Shown here piece after piece: positions 34,564 through 38,426 of a stretch of 38,426 nt of DNA. Source of the stretch: a virus (lineage: Duplodnaviria > Caudoviricetes); IMG/VR virus record IMGVR_UViG_3300042881_003247, positions 1 through 38,426 of that record. One strand, given 5' to 3'. The notes under the pieces were generated by a model. The model searched no databases and was not told the DNA's origin. It worked only from the letters and a program-made list of their open reading frames with translations. Every line of letters begins with the position of its first letter. The first letter of the stretch is position 1. The position numbers were made by a program, and so were the translations under genes.

Positions 34564-36188
34564 TGAACGAACATCAGACACGCTTCAAGCCTACGCCGCA
34601 CCCTGTCATGCAGGTCGATCTCGACTTGCTCGAGAAACTAGGGCCAGACGAAGGCTGGAAATACTTAAAAACACGCGAAGAACTGATCGCCCGCGAGGCA
34701 TCAGACCCGTTCCGCTATGGCTACATCCCGCCGGTGTGGAAGCGCGCGTCCGAATTGCTGGAAAAGCACCGCGAAATCCTTGTCATGGGCGGAAACCGCA
34801 GCGGAAAAACCGAATGGGCGGCCAAGGAGGTCATCAAGACGCTCTACAGCAAGCCCGGAGCAGTCGTCTGGTGCTTCCAAACCACGGCGCCCAACTCCAT
34901 TGAGTTGCAGCAACCCAGAATTTGGAAATACATGCCGCCGGAATGGCGCAATGCCCGCAAATCGCAGGTCGTTAATATAACGTACAGCGTTAAGGGCGGT
35001 TTTACAGAATCCAAGTTCGTGACGCCGTCAGGAGGCAGCATTTGCATCTTCCGCAACTACGCGCAAGACCCAAGCACGATTGAGGGCGGCGAGATCGACT
35101 TTGCATGGTGCGACGAGCTGGTCCCGCTCGATGTGCTGGAAACCCTCCGCTTCCGCCTCATAGACCGCAATGGCAAGTTGGCCGTCACCTTTACCCCAGT
35201 GCAAGGCTGGTCGCCGACCGTGGCCGACTATTTGTCCGGCGCCAAGACCATCACCGATACGGACGCCGAGCTGCTCCCCCTCAAAAACGACAAAGGCGAG
35301 ATCTCCGGCTACGACAAAGTGCCCATCGAGCAGATCAATCCCAAGGGCCGCCCGATTCTTTACTTCCACACGCAGTCAAATCCCTGGGCCGGCTGGTCGC
35401 GGATGAAAAAAGAGCTGCAGAGCGAGACCAAAGAAAAAATCCTCTGCCGAGCCTACGGCGTCCCGACCAAAGCCATTAGCGGCCGCTTCCCCCTGTTCAA
35501 TCCCAAGGTCCACGTCATCCGCGCATCGGATGTCCCGAACGGCACCCGCTACCATTGGGTCGATCCGGCGAGCGGCAAAAACTGGGCGATGATTTGGACG
35601 GTTCACGATACGTCCGGCCGCATTGTGGTCTACCGCGAGTGGCCAGACCAAACTTCCTACATCGAAGGCATTGGTTATGCCGGCGAGTGGGCGCTGCCCG
35701 ATGGCAAGAAGCTCGACGGCAAGCCCGGACCCGCGCAGCAAGACTTCGGCTTCGGCTTGGAACGCTACAAAGACGAAATCCTCCGCGTCGAAGGCGGCGA
35801 GGAAGTCTTTGAGAGATGGATGGATTCGCGCTACGGCAACGCTCGCACGCTCGGCAAGGAATCCCCAACGACCCTCATCGACGAGATGGCCGACCTCGGC
35901 ATGCTCTTCACGGCAACTCCGGGCGATTCCATTGATGAAGGCGTGAGCATGATCAATGATGCCCTTAGCTACAACCCGGAAAAACCGGTGGACTCCCGCA
36001 ATCAGCCGAAGCTCTACATCAGCGAGAACTGCAAGAACCTCATTTACTGCCTGCAGACCTACACCGCGGCAGACGGAAAAAAAGGGGCGACAAAGGATTT
36101 TGTAGATTTGCTTCGTTACGTTTGCCTCTCCGACGCCATCAACGTCGAGGGCGACATCCTGCGCAGCCGCGGAGGAGGCAGCTACTGA
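34563..36188 (+). CDS. terL: Terminase large subunit
   Basis: Walker A 'GGNRSGKT', Walker B 'AWCDE', coupling motif 'TFTP', nuclease 'VDPA' and 'KDFVDLLRY'. Confidence 0.9.
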   Translation: MNEHQTRFKPTPHPVMQVDLDLLEKLGPDEGWKYLKTREELIAREASDPFRYGYIPPVWKRASELLEKHREILVMGGNRSGKTEWAAKEVIKTLYSKPGAVVWCFQTTAPNSIELQQPRIWKYMPPEWRNARKSQVVNITYSVKGGFTESKFVTPSGGSICIFRNYAQDPSTIEGGEIDFAWCDELVPLDVLETLRFRLIDRNGKLAVTFTPVQGWSPTVADYLSGAKTITDTDAELLPLKNDKGEISGYDKVPIEQINPKGRPILYFHTQSNPWAGWSRMKKELQSETKEKILCRAYGVPTKAISGRFPLFNPKVHVIRASDVPNGTRYHWVDPASGKNWAMIWTVHDTSGRIVVYREWPDQTSYIEGIGYAGEWALPDGKKLDGKPGPAQQDFGFGLERYKDEILRVEGGEEVFERWMDSRYGNARTLGKESPTTLIDEMADLGMLFTATPGDSIDEGVSMINDALSYNPEKPVDSRNQPKLYISENCKNLIYCLQTYTAADGKKGATKDFVDLLRYVCLSDAINVEGDILRSRGGGSY

Positions 36189-36361
36189 TGCGCTTTGCGT
36201 GGCGTTTTACCCGACCTTCAAAGAAGACGAGGTGCAGGCCCGCCGTGAGGCCGGCAAAAGAGGCGGAAGCGCCCGAACCAAAGCCAAAACCGAAGCAGCC
36301 CGAAACAACGGAGCGAAGCACAACCCAAGCAAACAACCAAGACCCTGCAAAGGAGATACTG

Positions 36362-36847
36362 ATGAACACCTGCCCGAAATGCGGTTCGCCGCAAGAATCA
36401 CCAGAACTGGACGGAACCACAGCGCGTATTTGGTTTACCTGCGGGAGCTACGGCTACGCAGACAAACCAGACCAAGTATTTCGCAGTTCGGACAAATGCC
36501 TCGACAGAGAAGAGATCAACACCCTGCAGCGCAAGGTAGAGGAACTGCAGGTCGCTTTAGACTTCGCCAACGAAGCCGTCGATCAGCGGGAGCGTTCTTG
36601 CAAAGAGAAAGAAGCCAAGCTCGACAACTTCCAAGCCTTCACGATCCACAGTTGCGGGGACTCCTGCAGTCGCCCCATGTGCGTTTTGCGGAGGGAGAGG
36701 GATGCGTACAAGGAGGCGTTGCAGATGTGTGTTTTTTGGGCTGAATCCATCAGCCGTAGAGTCACCGAGGACAGAGACAGCATAAATTGGACGGGACTGC
36801 AGATAGCTCGCAAAGCTCTGGCAGACATCCAAAAGGAAGCGAAATGA
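36362..36847 (+). CDS. Hypothetical Zn-ribbon / coiled-coil protein
   Basis: ATG at 36362 after AGGAGA; 'CPKCGS...WFTCGS', then coiled coil and 'HSCGDSCSRPMC'. Confidence 0.6.
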   Translation: MNTCPKCGSPQESPELDGTTARIWFTCGSYGYADKPDQVFRSSDKCLDREEINTLQRKVEELQVALDFANEAVDQRERSCKEKEAKLDNFQAFTIHSCGDSCSRPMCVLRRERDAYKEALQMCVFWAESISRRVTEDRDSINWTGLQIARKALADIQKEAK

Positions 36848-37043
36848 GCAACGAAGAAATCAACATCGCCATCGCGCATACATCGCCGAAGACCCTCATT
36901 TTACCGGCGCGGGACTGCGCAGATTCTTTGAGCGCGTCTACGATGCAGGATTCAACGACGGCTACAGCGCCGCAAAAGAGCACAGCGGTCTCAACACCGG
37001 AGCCGATATGTTTTCTCAGATATTTGGAGGCTTCCGCAAATGA
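36844..37043 (+). pseudogene. Frameshifted or chimeric small gene
   Basis: A good start (MSNEEINIAIA) is in one frame. A protein-like body (...HFTGAGLRRFFERVYDAGFNDGY...QIFGGFRK*) is in another frame, has no start codon at its 5' end and ends in ATGA overlap with the next gene. Confidence 0.45.
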
Positions 37044-37249
37044 CTCAGGCACCGCCAGCCCCGCCCAGCCGCCTACGCCCCGGACGCCGCGGCAATGACA
37101 TCCCGCGCTGCGGCATCTGTGCGAAGCCGCTTCGTATGGGCGATGTTCACGGCCGCGACTATCACCTCGGTGTCATCTGCTGGGACTGCGGCCCGCACCT
37201 GCAGAACGCCATTCATGCGCTGGAAATCATCATAATGCGCCGCGGATGA
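37040..37249 (+). CDS. Zinc-finger protein
   Basis: CGIC...CWDC motifs. Confidence 0.55.
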   Translation: MTQAPPAPPSRLRPGRRGNDIPRCGICAKPLRMGDVHGRDYHLGVICWDCGPHLQNAIHALEIIIMRRG

Positions 37250-37271
37250 CGAATTAGGGCACCTACACCTT

Positions 37272-37556
37272 ATGTTCACAAAAACCAAAACCATCCCCGC
37301 TGACCTCTACACCGTCAACGAAGACTTCGACCGCGAGGGCGCCCTCGCCTTCTCCCGCGACCAAGCCCCCGGCGCCTACTTGGCCGTGATGCTTGAGCTG
37401 CAGGACCGCCTGGCCGACGCCAGCACCTTGGTTGCCACCATGGCCACCGCCAAGGAACCCGGCTACCTCGCCCACGCCGCCGGCCAGCTCAACGCGCTGC
37501 AGGAACTCTGGGACACCCTCGAGCAACGCCGCACCGAAGCCTCGCGCTTGGAGTAG
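37272..37556 (+). CDS. Conserved small helical protein of the head module
   Basis: 'LAHAAGQLNALQEL' pattern with high-GC3 codon usage. Confidence 0.65.
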   Translation: MFTKTKTIPADLYTVNEDFDREGALAFSRDQAPGAYLAVMLELQDRLADASTLVATMATAKEPGYLAHAAGQLNALQELWDTLEQRRTEASRLE

Positions 37557-37567
37557 TTTTTGCGCCG

Positions 37568-37997
37568 TAGTTCAAGCCACGTTTGAACTATCGGCCATAA
37601 ATGAAGCAAGGGTTCACCTGCCGCCGCCAAAGCAAACATCCCGCAACACTAACCGGCTTAGTGTAAGGCCATGTTCCCGATCTATACCCTTGCGGGACGA
37701 CAAATGGGCGGCGCCTCTGTAGCCGCTTTTGGCGTATACCCGCTCGGGAACGCCGTTATAGAAACAACCCCTTCTTTGTAACGCGCCGTGACACAAATTG
37801 CAGGTTGTTTTTGTGTCACAAAAACACCGAACAGAAGGTGACGCAAAGTGTCATCACTTGTGCAGAACTATAGCCGATCCTATCCACGCCACACCTGCCA
37901 AATGTCTCCCGGCGACACAATCGAAGTATCGCACAACGATATCGTCCTGCAAAAAGAATGCTGGACATTTGTCCAGTAGTCGTTATACTAGTAGTAT
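37568..37997. repeat. Non-coding array of many mutually different inverted repeats
   Basis: At least 12 distinct palindromes with 5-10 bp arms in ~430 bp (see findings). Confidence 0.7.
37961..37997 (+). promoter_or_regulatory. Putative late promoter with overlapping palindromic operators
   Basis: TGGACA-N16-TATACT. CTGGACA-TT-TGTCCAG covers the -35 and ATACTA-G-TAGTAT covers the -10. Confidence 0.55.
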
Positions 37998-38084
37998 CAA
38001 AGTGGAGTAGTGCCCTCATGGCACGCGAGGTTTGATCGGTCTGGATGACGTACATCCTGGTTCCTACTTGAGAGGTTTAAGCTC

Positions 38085-38426
38085 ATGGCGACAGATGACG
38101 CGGCTCCGGCCGCAGAGGTGGAAGATTTCGACGTTATGTCGATCAGCGAAGCGCTAGTCGGACTGGATCAACCAGCACCGGAAGCGGCTGATCAAAAGAC
38201 CGACGCCGAAGAAGAAAAGCTCTCTGACAATGACGAGTCGGATGAATCCGAGGCCGAAAAGCCCGCGGAGGAATCCGAAGATGAAGATGCCAAGGAGTCC
38301 GAGGACGAAGAGTCCGAAGACGACGACGCCCCGGTTCCGCAGGAGAAAGTCCAAAAGCGGATCGACAAGCTGACGGCCCAGAAAAAAGAAGCCCTCGAAA
38401 AGGCTCAGACGCTGGAGACCGAATAC
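38085..38426 (+). CDS. Capsid scaffolding protein, N-terminal part (runs off the window)
   Basis: Very acidic N-terminus followed by 'VQKRIDKLTAQKK', typical of podovirus scaffolds. Confidence 0.75.
   Translation, partial: MATDDAAPAAEVEDFDVMSISEALVGLDQPAPEAADQKTDAEEEKLSDNDESDESEAEKPAEESEDEDAKESEDEESEDDDAPVPQEKVQKRIDKLTAQKKEALEKAQTLETEY

Noticed and set aside
37557-37997. CRISPR array or mini-array
   Set aside because: No recurring direct repeat and no cas genes; the 30993-31760 nuclease is a generic phage exonuclease in a recombination context.
1-38426. Stop-codon reassignment
   Set aside because: Code 11 gives dense, full-length genes ending in TAA, TGA and TAG.

Overview
This window is most of a temperate, short-tailed (podovirus-like) dsDNA phage genome, probably circularly permuted, with nearly all genes on the + strand. 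It runs from the C-terminal part of a portal protein through tail fibres, an adaptor, an embedded lysis cassette with a YkuD-type endolysin, a tail nozzle and DNA-ejection proteins. The largest ejection protein is a 1957-aa polyvalent protein with zincin and ADP-ribosyltransferase-like modules. Next come attP and a tyrosine integrase, a short minus-strand lysogeny operon, and an RHH/Xis-type genetic switch. Early and replication genes follow: C5-MTase-like gene, TerS-like gene, initiator with internal iterons, DnaB, Hjc-like resolvase, T7 gp2.5-like SSB and an exonuclease. The window ends with a queD-queC-dpdA-like 7-deazaguanine cassette coupled to TerL and the start of a scaffolding protein. 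The most notable non-gene signals are: (1) attP carries the 5' half of tRNA-Thr(UGU) rather than the usual 3' half; (2) helically phased TGCCAA arrays recur at four loci; (3) two candidate structured RNAs lie upstream of the 7-deazaguanine genes; (4) a ~430-bp non-coding array of many mutually different palindromes lies upstream of the late promoter. All calls come from motif recognition by eye; no database searches were run. The host is unknown, and few genes have clear Shine-Dalgarno sites.
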